Shown piece after piece: positions 1 through 12,000 of a DNA stretch of 64,000 nucleotides. The notes beneath the pieces are model-generated. The model was not told the DNA's origin, ran no database searches, and saw nothing but the letters and a program-made list of their open reading frames with translations. The DNA comes from Ranitomeya imitator (Eukaryota). Position 1 is the first letter of the stretch. Each line of letters begins with the position of its first letter. The stretch covers positions 159,030,001 through 159,094,000 of the forward strand of contig NC_091283.1 in NCBI RefSeq assembly GCF_032444005.1, in the 5' to 3' direction. Made by a program: the position numbers and the translations under genes.

Positions 1-1214
1 ATATATCTTTCCTTTATCAGAAATTGATCAGTAATTTTTTGCTTCACATTGCATAATAATCTCTACTGTACCTATGGTCAGACTTCACTTACCACCTCCT
101 TTTTCTACACTTGATTTACCGTCCTTTTTTGAAGCCCCTATTATGCATCAGTTATGATCTGGTTCATATTTAATTTATTTTTTGTTTTTGTAATAAAACT
201 ACATTTTATGTTTCCGGAGCGGTGTTTTTTTGGATACTTTGTATTCATATGTAGGTTGTACAATGTAGTATCCCACTTTCTAGAAATTGAATATTAATGG
301 GGAGACTAATACTGACATGTCTCCAACCACTATAATCATGAGTATATGTTTTTTGAATATTTGTATAACTATTGTAGTCACTGTAAACTTCAGCTCCAGA
401 TGTTGCAATGCTAAACAGTTCGTGAATAGAATCCCATCGTCTATTTCCTGCCATTGTGAGATGTCAGTTATCTGCAGGGCCCATGGGGTCCGAAGGACAG
501 ATGAGTATTGTGAAGAGACTCAGTGGTGCAGCGGTCAAGCACTTCGTTGCTTCGCTGTAGAGAGATTTCCCCATTCATTGCTTTTCAGCACATATAAACC
601 ATTACAACCATGACCATGTTTACCAAGTAATTGGCATCAAAGAAAAAATAACCAAGACCATGAACCCTTGTCCTCACAAAGCTTTGCCCCACAGTTACAT
701 TATACCAAGGCTTTATAATCATAGGTCATAGAGCACCCAAATAAACTAAAAAGTGGTCCTCAAAAACAGCTGACAGATGCCCACTGGGATGAAGGGTCAT
801 CTTGTAAAAAAGGATCCTCCAATGATTACAGCTAATCACGTCGATACCCAGGAGAAACTAGGTACTGAGGTTCCTAAAATGTGGTGGACCACCAACAAAT
901 AGAAATAAACTTGCTTATAATAGTTATCTATAAAATAGAGGAGCAGCAATGATACTAGCAGTAACGAGGAGTACCACTGTATTATTGTCAGTATCTGGGG
1001 ATAGGAATCTCTAATAAGGTTGATCGATGGTCAACAACCAAGATCTTAAGCAACCAAGTAAAGAATCAACAATGGGAGACTGGAAGTAATTAATGCAAGT
1101 GTGGCACCTTGGTGAGGAGTCTTTTATAGGCCATCAGTTAAACCAGCTGATATTTTTCACCAAGTGGCAGAATTGCTTTCTAATTACTGATAGGTTTGTG
1201 CTGCTGTCATGACT

Positions 1215-1390
1215 TTCTGCTCAATACTTTTTCCCCTGTGTCATCTCTCATTATTACACATAACACCATAAATTAGGTTCTTTATTTTCCTGTGCGGATT
1301 GGATGGATTGTTACAGACATCTATTTGATGAGATTTTCATGTCACTAGTAGCTTTAGAAATACTTAGAAAATTGGTGACGTGTAAAATAC
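1215..1390. mobile_element. Short degenerate Tc1-like terminal fragment
   Basis: Sequence caatactttttcccctgtgtcat...ttattacacataac...gagattttcatgtca resembles the long-TIR termini of vertebrate Tc1 elements. Recognised by eye only; boundaries approximate. Confidence 0.4.
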
Positions 1391-2572
1391 TTCTCACCTG
1401 CTGTAGCTGTTGGCTAAGCGTTTGTGTACATGAGGGAGTCAGGAGATATAGCTGTTGGCCAAACATTTTTCTTCATGGAGGAGTTGATAGAAATAACTTG
1501 GCTGAGTGTTTCTATGCATTGGGGGGAGTCTGTACAGATAGCTATTGGCCAAGTGTTTTTCTTCAAGGGGGAGCTGGAAGAGTTAGTGAACGGACAAGGA
1601 GTGGTTTGGCCGACAGTTATGCAATGTGTGGAGCAGGTCATGTACGGTCAACGCTATCCTCCAGATATTTTGTTTTTGTAAAAAGAGATGGGCGCTACCA
1701 TTACTGTAGTACAAGTCATCATACATTACATGGCAATGTTGTCATGGTCTCAACTTGTGCGACAAAAAAAAAAAAAAAAAATACATCAAAAAACAACCTC
1801 CGTCAGTTGTCCTTTATCCATTTTTCCTTTGCGCCTTTCTTAAATCCTTTATTTGCCATTTCTTTTCATGTTTGTCATTTTGGGCACGGCTTTCCAGGAT
1901 GTTTTTGGACGATTTGTCAATTGTCACTTTATAACAAGTTGCAAAGTTTGGCGTAGATGTCCTCCACTTCTTCCCTGGAGTGATTTTACATAGGCCAGCT
2001 TTTTTGGGGGCGCAAAATTTTGCGTCATGTAGTGAAACGTGTGACTTTTAGCACTAAAAGGTTGTAAAATCGTTCAAACATAGAATTTGTTTTACAGTAT
2101 TTTGCCCAAAATTCATGAATAGGTTCCAGTATTAGAGGGATTTATCCTGTCCTGATACATTACACTATTGTATCGTTCTGGAGTGCAGACCCTTTAGCTC
2201 TGAGAACTGTCTCCACTGGATACAGATGAAACAAATGCTCAGCTGTGAGAAGCATATAACATAATGAGACATTTCCATTCACTGACAGCAAGCAGACATC
2301 TTAAAAGTTGTGGATTAAAAACACCAAAAATATTTTAGTTGCAGTATAACACACACACGAAAAGTTGCATGAGCAGCTTTGTCGCCATTCACTTCTATTC
2401 AGTTGCAAATCGCACCAAATGCAAGTTGGGTTGCAACTTAACGCATTCTTGCAGCAGTGTAGCTGGATAGTGTGACTTCAGATCTTTACCAGGACATGCT
2501 AGAACCTGTGGTGTCCTATAGTTTAGTATACATACTGTATGTGACCACTGTGCTAACTTCTGGTGTGTACTT

Positions 2573-3096
2573 TACCTGCGTGGAATCGTCCCCTGCTCGC
2601 ACACAGTCTACCTGCGTGGAATCGTCCCCTGCTCGCACACAGTCTACCTGCGTGGAATCGTCCCCTGCTCGCACACAGTCTACCTGCGTGGAATCGTCCC
2701 CTGCTCGCACACAGTCTACCTGCGTGGAATCGTCCCCTGCTCGCACACAGTCTACCTGCGTGGAATCGTCCCCTGCTCGCACACAGTCTACCTGCGTGGA
2801 ATCGTCCCCTGCTCGCACACAGTCTACCTGCGTGGAATCGTCCCCTGCTCGCACACAGTCTACCTGCGTGGAATCGTCCCCTGCTCGCACACAGTCTACC
2901 TGCGTGGAATCGTCCCCTGCTCGCACACAGTCTACCTGCGTGGAATCGTCCCCTGCTCGCACACAGTCTACCTGCGTGGAATCGTCCCCTGCTCGCACAC
3001 AGTCTACCTGCGTGGAATCGTCCCCTGCTCGCACACAGTCTACCTGCGTGGAATCGTCCCCTGCTCGCACACAGTCTACCTGCGTGGAATCGTCCC
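2573..3096. repeat. Perfect 36-bp tandem repeat (VNTR), about 14.5 copies, in intron 1 of the ENTPD2-like gene
   Basis: Unit TACCTGCGTGGAATCGTCCCCTGCTCGCACACAGTC. The ORF track shows 14 identical TCVESSPARTQS units plus a half unit. Confidence 0.98.
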
Positions 3097-3227
3097 ATAC
3101 ATTGCTTGCTGTGGGTGTGAACCTCACATGTTGCCTGCTGGAGACCAGCATTGCTATAGCAGAACGTACATGCAATTCCAAGCTGCTGTCAGGTGCTCCT
3201 GACCATGCAGTCTTTGCACTCACTCAC

Positions 3228-3344
3228 CTTGTATTTGGGGGGCTCATTGATGTCCTTCGCAGGCAGAGACAACAACAGGATCCCTATCACCCCAATGAGG
3301 CAGAGGAGAATGGGCAGGAACACAGCTAGCAGCTTCTTAGCCAT
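3228..3344 (-). CDS. ENTPD2: First coding exon of ectonucleoside triphosphate diphosphohydrolase 2-like (N-terminal transmembrane anchor)
   Basis: ATG at 3344 gives MAKKLLAVFLPILLCLIGVIGILLLSLPAKDINEPPKYK (39 aa, 117 nt), ending at a consensus phase-0 donor AAG|GTGAGT (intron starts 3227). This matches, from memory, the pattern of the ENTPD2 N-terminus (hydrophobic anchor then D-x-x-EPP-x-x-K) preceding the YGIVLDAGSS exon. Exon 2 was not found in 1-3227. Confidence 0.8.
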
Positions 3345-3865
3345 CTCTAACAGCTGTGAGCTGTGTCTGGTCCCTGCAGCTCTTACAAGGAGGTGGGAGG
3401 AGGCAGCAGACAGGCTATTGGGTGGGAAGGTGCACAAGGTACAAGAAGGCAGAGTCTGGGGTGTAGCACACACTCTGCAGAGAGAACATGCCCACCACAG
3501 AAATATACAACACACAGACGAAGTGCAGAGCTGACCATATACACAACCCACCACATACATATTACAGACCTCCCTAGTCAAACTCATGTTAACCAGGTAC
3601 TCCCATGGCTGCTGTCCATTGCATCCTAAATAAAGTAAAGCTACATTCCCACAATGAGATTTGGTGAGTTTTTGACGCTGCAGCATTTTTGGACGTATTA
3701 ATGAATTTGGGCTACTTGTATTTTTTCATTGCGTTTTTTGACACTGCAGGCTCTGTCTATTTATGGTGTGTTCTGCTTTAAATAAAGCTGCTTTGTTTTT
3801 GATACTTGTATTTGACTTTGTCAAAACTTGAGTGACATACTTGGGTGCAGACTACATGCGTTTTA

Positions 3866-4796
3866 GGCTATATGCACACGTTGCAGATTAGGCTTAGGAA
3901 TTTCTGGTGCGGATTCTGCCTCTCCTGGCAGAAAACGCACCTGCGGATTTGTCACGTTTTTTGTGCGGTTCCGCAGCGTTTTTTGTGCGTTTTTGCTGCG
4001 GTTTTCTTGCAAATTTGCTGCGGTTTTTACCCCTGCGGTTTTCTGTAATGGAATGGGTACAAAAACGCTGCAGATTCTCAAAAAAGAAGTGACATGCTAC
4101 TTCTTTTAGGGTATGTGCAAACGTTGCGGATTCTCTGCGGATCCGCAGCATTTTTTGAGGTGCAGAAACGCTGCAGGTCCGCAATTAAATTACAGTACAA
4201 TGTAGATCAATGAGAAAAAAAATGCTGTGCACACTTTGCGGAAAATCCGCTACGGAAACGCTGCGGTTTAAGGGTATGTGCACACGTTGTGGATTCTCTG
4301 CGGATCCGCAGCGTTTTTTTGAGGTGCAGAAACGCAGATCCGCAATTAATTTACAGCACAATGTAAATCAATGAGAAAAAAAAATGCTGTGCACACTTTG
4401 CGGAAAATCCGCTGCAGAAACACTGTGGTTTAAAAGAAGTAGCATGTCACTTCTTTTTTGTGAATCTGCAGCGTTTTTGTACTCATTCCATTATAGAAAA
4501 CCGCAGGGGTAAAAAAACGCAACAAATCCGCAAGAAAACCGCAGCAAAAACGCACAAAAAATGCGACAAATTCGCAGGTGCGTTTTCTGCTAGGAGAGGC
4601 AGAATCTGCACCAGAAATTCCTAAGCCTAATCCGCAATGTGTGCACATAGCCTTAAACCGCAGCGTTTCCGCAGCGGATTTTCCGCAAAGTGTGCAAAGC
4701 GTTTTTTTTTCTCATTGATTTACATTGTACTGTAAATCAATTGCGGATCTGCAGCGCTTCTGCACCTCAAAGAATCCGCAACGTGTGCACATACCC
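3866..4796. mobile_element. Cluster of interleaved palindromic PIF/Harbinger-type MITE halves
   Basis: TIRs GGCTATATGCACAC (3866) / GTGTGCACATAGCC (ends 4652), and GGGTATGTGCA(A/C)AC (4109, 4272) / GTGTGCACATACCC (ends 4796). Junctions lie at TTA/TAA. Confidence 0.8.
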
Positions 4797-4799
4797 TCA

Positions 4800-5160
4800 G
4801 GCTAAGTGCACAAGTTCAGGATTTCTCGCAGAAAATTCCTGAGAAAAACCGGACATTTTCTGCAAGAAATCCGCAAGAAAACCGCATGCGGTTTTGCCGC
4901 GGTTTTGACGCGTTTTTTTCCGGACACTTCCCAATGCATTTTGTAGTGGGAAATCCGCAAAAAAAAAAACGCAAAATTAATGAACATGCTGCGGTTTTTA
5001 CCGCGATGCGTTTTTTTCACGGAAAAAAACGCATCATGTGCACAAAACATGCGGAATTCATTCTAAATGATGGGATGCTTATTGTATGCAGTTTTATTGC
5101 GGTTTTATAGTGTTTTTATCGGGAAAAAACGCAAAAAAAGTGCAACGTGTGCACACAGCC
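4800..5160. mobile_element. Harbinger-type MITE
   Basis: Starts GGCTAAGTGCACA and ends TGTGCACACAGCC. 3-bp TSD TCA at 4797-4799 and 5161-5163. Confidence 0.75.
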
Positions 5161-5599
5161 TCAATGTGTTTCTGCTGCAGAAACGCACTAAAACTGCATT
5201 TGTGCTTTTTTTTTTTTTTTAGGGGGGGGAGGGGTTGCAGATTTTCCGCATCTAATGTAAGTCTATGGGGAAAAATTAGCACAGAAAATCCAGCATACCA
5301 CCAAAAGAAATTGACATGCTGCGGATTTGGAGAATACACCGCAGGTCAGTTTATGTTGATTAAAATAAAAGCAGAGAGGGCAGGAGATCTCTATAAATCC
5401 CATCCACTTTGCTGGAACTGGAAGACGCTGCGTTTGTGACATATCATGAAAAACGCACCAAAGCCCGTGGTGGGAGCGCAACCTCAGGGTGCTCAGCAGG
5501 CACGAGATCACACTGCTAATTTGCCAGTAGATCATTTTCCTGCATAAATATTCCCAAATAGTGAAATACAAAAAGCGACAACAGAGAAAGTGAAAGTTA

Positions 5600-7907
5600 C
5601 AGTGCCGGCAAAAAAAATCTCTACAAGTTCAATGAAACCACAAAATCTTAATATTCAAGTGGATTCAAGTGTTTTATTGTGTATATTTTATTACAATTAG
5701 TATTTTGTCATGTCACCCTTACATTTTATCACCACTGCAGTCGTTTAGGCATGGATTCAGCGAGGCTGGCTAAGTATGTGGAGTCCATGTTTACCCACAG
5801 TGTCTTCAGCACCTCCTTTAAGGCCGGCTTCACACTCAGCGTATGAAAATACGGTCCGTATATTACGGCCGTAATACGCTGAAAAGTCCCGAAAATAGTG
5901 TTCCGTAGCTCCTCCGTAGGCAGGGTGTTTCAGCGTTTTTTGCGCATGGCATCCTCCGTATGTAATCCGTATGTCATCCGTACTGCGTGTTTTTATCGCA
6001 GGCTTGCAAAACCGACATACGGCTATACAAGGGATCCATGTGTTAAAAAAACAAACAAACATATATACTGTATATATATATATATATGTCAGTAGACACA
6101 TATATGTATATATATTAATATTTCATCCAGCGCGATATAGCAGAAAGCCGGTAATTCAATTACCGGCTTTTGCTTTCTCCTTCCTAAACCCGACATGATA
6201 TGAGACCTGGTTTACATACAGTAAACCATCTCATATCACCATTTTTTTTGCATATTCCACACTACTAATGTTAGTAGTGTGTATGTGCAAAATTTGGCCG
6301 TTCTAGCTAGCAAATTAAGGGGTTAAATGGCGGAAAAAATTGGCGTGGGCTCCCGCACAATTTTCTCCGCCAGAGTGGTAAAGCCAGTGACTGAGGGCAG
6401 ATATTAATAGCCTGGAGAGGGTCCACGGTTATTGCCCCCAACCCCCCCCCACCCCCCGGCTAAAAACATCTGCCCCCAGCCGCCCCAGAAAAGGCACATC
6501 TGGAAGATGCGCCTATTCTGGCACTTGGCCACTCTCTTCCCATTCCCGTGTAGCGGTGGGATATGGGGTAATGAAGGGTTAATGTCACCTTGCTATTGTA
6601 AGGTGACATTAAGCCAAATTAATAATGGAGAGGCGTCAATTATGACACCTATCCATTATTAATCCAATACTAGTAAAGGGTTAAAAAAATACACAAACAC
6701 ATTAAAAATTATTTTAATGAAATAAAAACAAAGGTTGTTGTAATATTTTATTGAACGCCCAATCCAATCACTGAAGACCCTCGTTCTGTAACAAAAAAAC
6801 ATAATAAACCAAGAATATCCTTACCTTCCGCAGATCTGTAAAGTCCAACAATGTAAATCCATCTGAAGGGGTTAAAATATTTGCGCAATACGGTGACAAA
6901 CGCAGCATGCTGCGATTTTCTACGGCCGTAGAAAGCCGTATAATACTGATCAGTTTAATACGGCAGATAGGAGCAGGGGCATAGAGAATAATTGTGCCGT
7001 ATTTTTTGCGAGTTTTACGGACGTAGTTTCTGCGTCCGTAAAACTCGCAAGTGTGAAGCCGGCCTAATACTGTATATTTTGGGTCATACCGTGACACGGT
7101 ACTCGGATGATGCACAACCTTTGAGACTCCCCTTACCAGCCTGAAAGTGCTCTCATCACTAAATATCACTTTCTTCCACTCTTCAGATGTCCAATCTTGA
7201 TATTTCTTACAAAAGGCAAGCCTTTTCTTCTTCATTGCTGCTGTGAGCAGGGGCTTCTTTGCGGCACGGCAACTTGGTAGACCCAGGTCCTTCTGCAGGC
7301 GGTGACAAATTGTCCTAGTTGCGATGTTCTGGAGGAGCATAGGGTACTTGTTTTTTTAGTTCAACGGCAGTTATAGAAGGATGTGACATCACTTTACGCT
7401 TCAGAAGCTTATCAGTCCTTGGTGAAGTCTTCTTAGGTGCGTCAGAGCCTGACTTCCTCTGCGGTACCATCCCAGGAGGCAATGATGCCGCCGACCGCTT
7501 CAGCTGATAAATTGCTTCTCTTGACACTCCCAGATCTCTAGCTACAGCAATCACCGAATCCCCCTTCTCGAGCAGAGTCAATGCACGGGATTTCTCTTCC
7601 ATTTTAAGCTTCTTTCGACCCATTGTGTGAGATAAAAAACTGAGGGAGATAATAAAAGACTGCCTAATAGCAAAACTGGCTGAGCTGCACATAACAACCA
7701 ATCAGAGTGCAGCTTTCGCTTAACCAGAGAAGTGAAAACTGAGCGTTGATTGTTTGATATTTGCAACAAAGCCAGCTTTAATATTAGACAGTTTTTTATT
7801 ATCTCCCCCATTGTGTACACTTTTAAAAAGTGAAATTATGATGTGGATTTTATATGTAAAGTTTTTTTTTGCTGCGCAAGTGTAAAGATTTTTTTTTGCC
7901 GACACTG
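5600..7907 (-). mobile_element. Tc1-family DNA transposon, internally deleted, with a nested Harbinger-type insertion
   Basis: TIRs CAGTGCCGGCAAAAAAAATCT / AGATTTTTTTTTGCCGACACTG with TA on both sides. Transposase starts at ATG 7623 (MGRKKLK...HTH), frameshifts near 7350, continues through ...KKVIFSDESTF...KYTV, then jumps to the C-terminus LKEVLKTLWVNMDSTYLASLAESMPKRL...KGDMTKY* (stop about 5697). Confidence 0.9.
5822..7064. mobile_element. Non-autonomous PIF/Harbinger-type element (1243 bp)
   Basis: TIR GGCCGGCTTCACACT at both ends. TSD TAA at 5819-5821 and 7065-7067. Interrupts the Tc1. Confidence 0.88.
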
Positions 7908-7910
7908 TAA

Positions 7911-8298
7911 GGCTGCGTGTCCACTTTCAGGATGGCCGGCGGTATCGTCGGAGCGGCTTTGCCGCTCTGCGCTAAGCCCTGCCCCCTTCTGGGACGCGAT
8001 GATGCCGGATGTGTTCACAGCACACATTCGGCATCATCGCATCCATCGCATAGGGCCCTGTGCTATATCTTGCGGCGACGCAGCATCGCCGCAAGATATA
8101 CGGTCATGCTGCGATCTGAAAAGACGCGCAGCATGTCCGGAGTCGCAGGGCCGCCGCGTGCGTGTTACCATGCATAGTAGAGACGGGATTTCATTAAATC
8201 CCCTCCACTATGCTGTAACATCTGGACGCTGCGTGTCTGACGCTGCGGCTCTATGCAGCGTCAGACACGCAGCGTTTCCTGCACGTGGAAACATACCC
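7911..8298. mobile_element. Harbinger-type MITE (388 bp); sister copy at 42623-43010
   Basis: Starts GGCTGCGTGTCCAC and ends GTGGAAACATACCC. TAA TSD at 7908-7910 and 8299-8301. Inserted at the TA flanking the Tc1. Confidence 0.85.
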
Positions 8299-9039
8299 TA
8301 ATATGAAGGGCCAAAGTTTTTTGACTATTTATATTACCAAACATTGTCTGCTCAGTGCCCCATAACAATGCGTAATTAATGCTCCACAGATAATTAACTT
8401 ACTAATGCACCCATTAATAACGTATGATGCCAGGGACATTATCAGCAGTACAATTAATGCTGCTATTTAGTTGTCACATATAGGGCGCAGTCAGACAGCC
8501 GTATAGACAGACATGAAGGTGTCACGCTGCGGTCGGGAGAGTCCAGGCAGTCCGAGCATTGCGTCCTGATCTCTGACTACGTACGTCCATAATGCCACTA
8601 TCCACAGTTCAATCAGTGTCACCCACTCCCAGTGTTAATATACTGCCAGTTATATGGACTTCAAGTAATGTCACAATCTACCCTTAACACAAATAATGCC
8701 GCCATTACCTCCAGTGCAATTTATGCCATCTTCCACCTTCAGTACAAAGTATTTACCATGTACGAGAAAAACAGATGGATTATTCTGATCAGACTTTGAT
8801 CAGAATGCAGTCCGAGTATCACCAGTTTGTCGTACGTGGAGAGAAAAGAAAGTTTTACCACATTCCCCTTTGTGACTGTCAGTAAAAATCAGACTGCACT
8901 TAGATGTCATTTAAATGCAGTCTGATCTTTTTCACAGACTCCTAGACTTGCATTGCCGATATAGATCCGGCCCTCATATCAAAAGGGGACAGGTCTACGA
9001 TATCTTCCACGGACCACTCGGTCTAAGGAAAAAATCGGA

Positions 9040-12000
9040 CATGTGCCCTGTAGGTACAAGTGCTATCGTACGAGAATATCGGATGTGTGCACAGCCCTGT
9101 AGGTACGAGTGCTATCGTACAAGAATATCGGATGTGTGCACAGCCCTGTAGGTACGAGTGCTATCATGTGAGAATATTGGACGTGTGTACTGCCCTGTAG
9201 GTACAAGTGCTATCGTACGAGAATATCGGATGTGTGCACAGCCCTGTAGGTAGGAGTGCTATCGTACGAGAATATCGGATGTGTGCACAGCCCTGTAGGT
9301 ACGAGTGCTATCATGAGAGAATATTGGACGTGTGTACTGCCCTGTAGGTACAAGTGGTATGGTACGAGAATATTGGAGGTGTGCACAGCCTTGTAGGTAC
9401 GAGTGGTATGGTACGAGTATATTGGACGTGTGTACAGCCCTGTAGGTACAAGTGCTATGGTACGAGTATGTTGGACGTGTACAGCCCTGTAGGTACGAGT
9501 GCTATGGTATGAGAATATTGGACGTGTGCACTGCCCTGTAGGTACAAGTGCTATGGTATAAGAATATTGGATGTGTGCACTGCCCTGTAGGTACAAGTGC
9601 TATCGTACGAGAATATTGGACGTGTGCACAGCCCTGTAGGTACGAGTGCTATGGTATGAGAATATTGGACGTGTGCACTGCCCTGTAGGTACGAGTGCTA
9701 TGGTACGAGAATATCGGATGTGTGCACAGCCCTGTAGGTACGAGTGCTATCGTACGAGAATATTGCACGTGTGTACTGCCCTGTATGTACGAGTGCTATT
9801 GTGTGAGAATATCGGATGTGTGCACTGCCCTTACGTACGAGTGCTATGGTACGAGAATATCGGATGTGTGCACAGCCCTGTAGGTACGAGTGATGTTGTA
9901 CGAGAATATTGGACGTGTGCACAGCCCTGTAGGTACGAGTGCTATCGTACAAGAATATTCGACGTGCACTGCCCTGTAGGTACGAGTGCTATGGTACGAG
10001 AATATCGGATATGTGTACAGCCCTGTAGGTATGAGTGCTATGGAACAAGAATATCGGATGTGTGCACTGCCCTTACGTACGAGTGCTATGGTACGAGAAT
10101 ATCGGATATGTGTACAGCCCTGTAGGTACGAGTGCTATGGAACAAGAATATCGGATGTGTGCACAGCCCTGTAGGTACGAGTGCTATCGTGCGAGAATAT
10201 TTCACGTGTGTACAGCCCTGTATGAACGAGTGCTATTGTGCGAGAATATCGGATGTGTGCACAGCCGTGTAGGTACGAGTGCTATGGTACGAGAATATCG
10301 GATGTGTGCACAGCCCTGTAGGTACGAGTGCTATTGTGCGAGAATATCGGATGTGTGCACAGCCCTGTATGTACAAGTGCTATCGTACGAGAATATTGCA
10401 CGTGTGTGCTGCCCTGTATGTACGAGTGCTATTGTGCGAGAATATTGCACGTGTGTACTGCCCTGTATGTACGAGTGCTATTGTGCGAGAATATCGGATG
10501 TGTGCATTGCCCTTACGTATGAGTGCTATGGTACGAGAATATCGGATATGTGCACAGCCCTGTAGGTACGAATGCTGTCGTACGAGAATATTGGACGTGT
10601 GCACAGCACTGTAGGTACGAGAATGTCAGACGTGTGCTCAGCCCTGTAGGTACGAGTGCTATCGTACGAGAATGTCGGACGTGTGCACAGCCCTGTAGGT
10701 ACAAGTGCCATCGTACGAGAATATCGGACGTGTGCACAGCCCTGTAGGTACAAGTGCTATCGTACGAGAATATCGGATATGTGTACAGCCCTGTAGGTAC
10801 GAGTGCTATCGTACGAGAATATTCGACGTGTGCACTGCCCTGTAGGTACGAGTGATGTCGTACGAGAATATTGGACGTGTGCACTGCCCTGTAGGTACGA
10901 GAATATCGGACGTGTGCACAGCCCTGTAGGTACGAGTGCTATTGTACGAGAATATCGGATATGTGTACAGCCCTGTATGTACGAGTGCTATTGTGCGAGA
11001 ATATTGCACGTGTGTACTGCCCTGTATGTATGAGTGCTATTGTGTGAGAATATCGGATGTGTGCACTGCCCTTACGTACGAGTGCTATGGTACGAGAATA
11101 TCGGATGTGTGCACAGCCCTGTAGGTACGAGTGCTATTGTGCGAGAATATCGGATGTGTGCACAGCCCTGTAGGTACGAGTGCTATCGTACGAGAATATT
11201 GCACGTGTGTGCTGCCCTGTATATACGAGTGCTATTGTGCGAGAATATTGCACGTGTGTACTGCCCTGTATGTACGAGTGCTATTGTGCGAGAATATCGG
11301 ATGTGTGCATTGCCCTTACGTATGAGTGCTATGGTACGAGAATATCGGATATGTGCACAGCCCTGTAGGTACGAGTGCTGTCGTACGAGAATATCGGACG
11401 TGTGCACAGCCCTGTAGGTACGAGTGCTATTGTACGAGAATATCGGATATGTGTACAGCCCTGTATGTACGAGTGCTATTGTGCGAGAATATCGGATGTG
11501 TGCACTGCCCTTACGTACGAGTGCTATGGTACGAGAATATTGGATGTATGCACTGCCCTTATGTACGAGTGCTATGGTACGAGAATATCGGATGTGTGCA
11601 CAGCCCTGTAGGTACGAGTGATGTCGTACGAGAATATTGGACGTGTGCACAGCACTGTAGGTACGAGAATGTCGGATGTGTGCACAGCCCTGTAGGTAGT
11701 CGACGTGTGCACTGCCCTGCAGGTACGAGTGCTATGGTACGAGAATATCAGATATGTGTACAGCCCTGTAGGTACGAGTGCTATCGTACGAGAATATTTC
11801 ACGTGTGTACAGCCCTGTATGTACAAGTGCTATTGTGCGAGAATATCGGATGTGTGCACAACCCTGTAGGTACGAGTGCTATCGTACGAGAATATTTCAC
11901 GTGTGCACAGCTCTGTAGGTACGAGTGCTATGGTACGAGAATATCGGATGTGTGCACAGCCCTGTAGGTACGAGTGCTATCGTACAAGAATATTTCACGT

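Noticed and set aside
1303-1956. 217-aa ORF and a degenerate duplication of about 100 bp at 1440-1590
   Set aside because: No recognisable domain or splice structure, and it runs through a poly-A tract and repeat fragments. Probably a decayed repeat that I cannot identify.
2573-3096. 36-bp repeat as a CRISPR array
   Set aside because: The units are head-to-tail with no spacers, there are no cas genes, and the context is a vertebrate intron.
2472-3329. ORFs of 181-285 aa through the 36-bp repeat
   Set aside because: They are open only because the stop-free unit length is a multiple of 3. They appear in several frames on both strands, and there is no domain signal.
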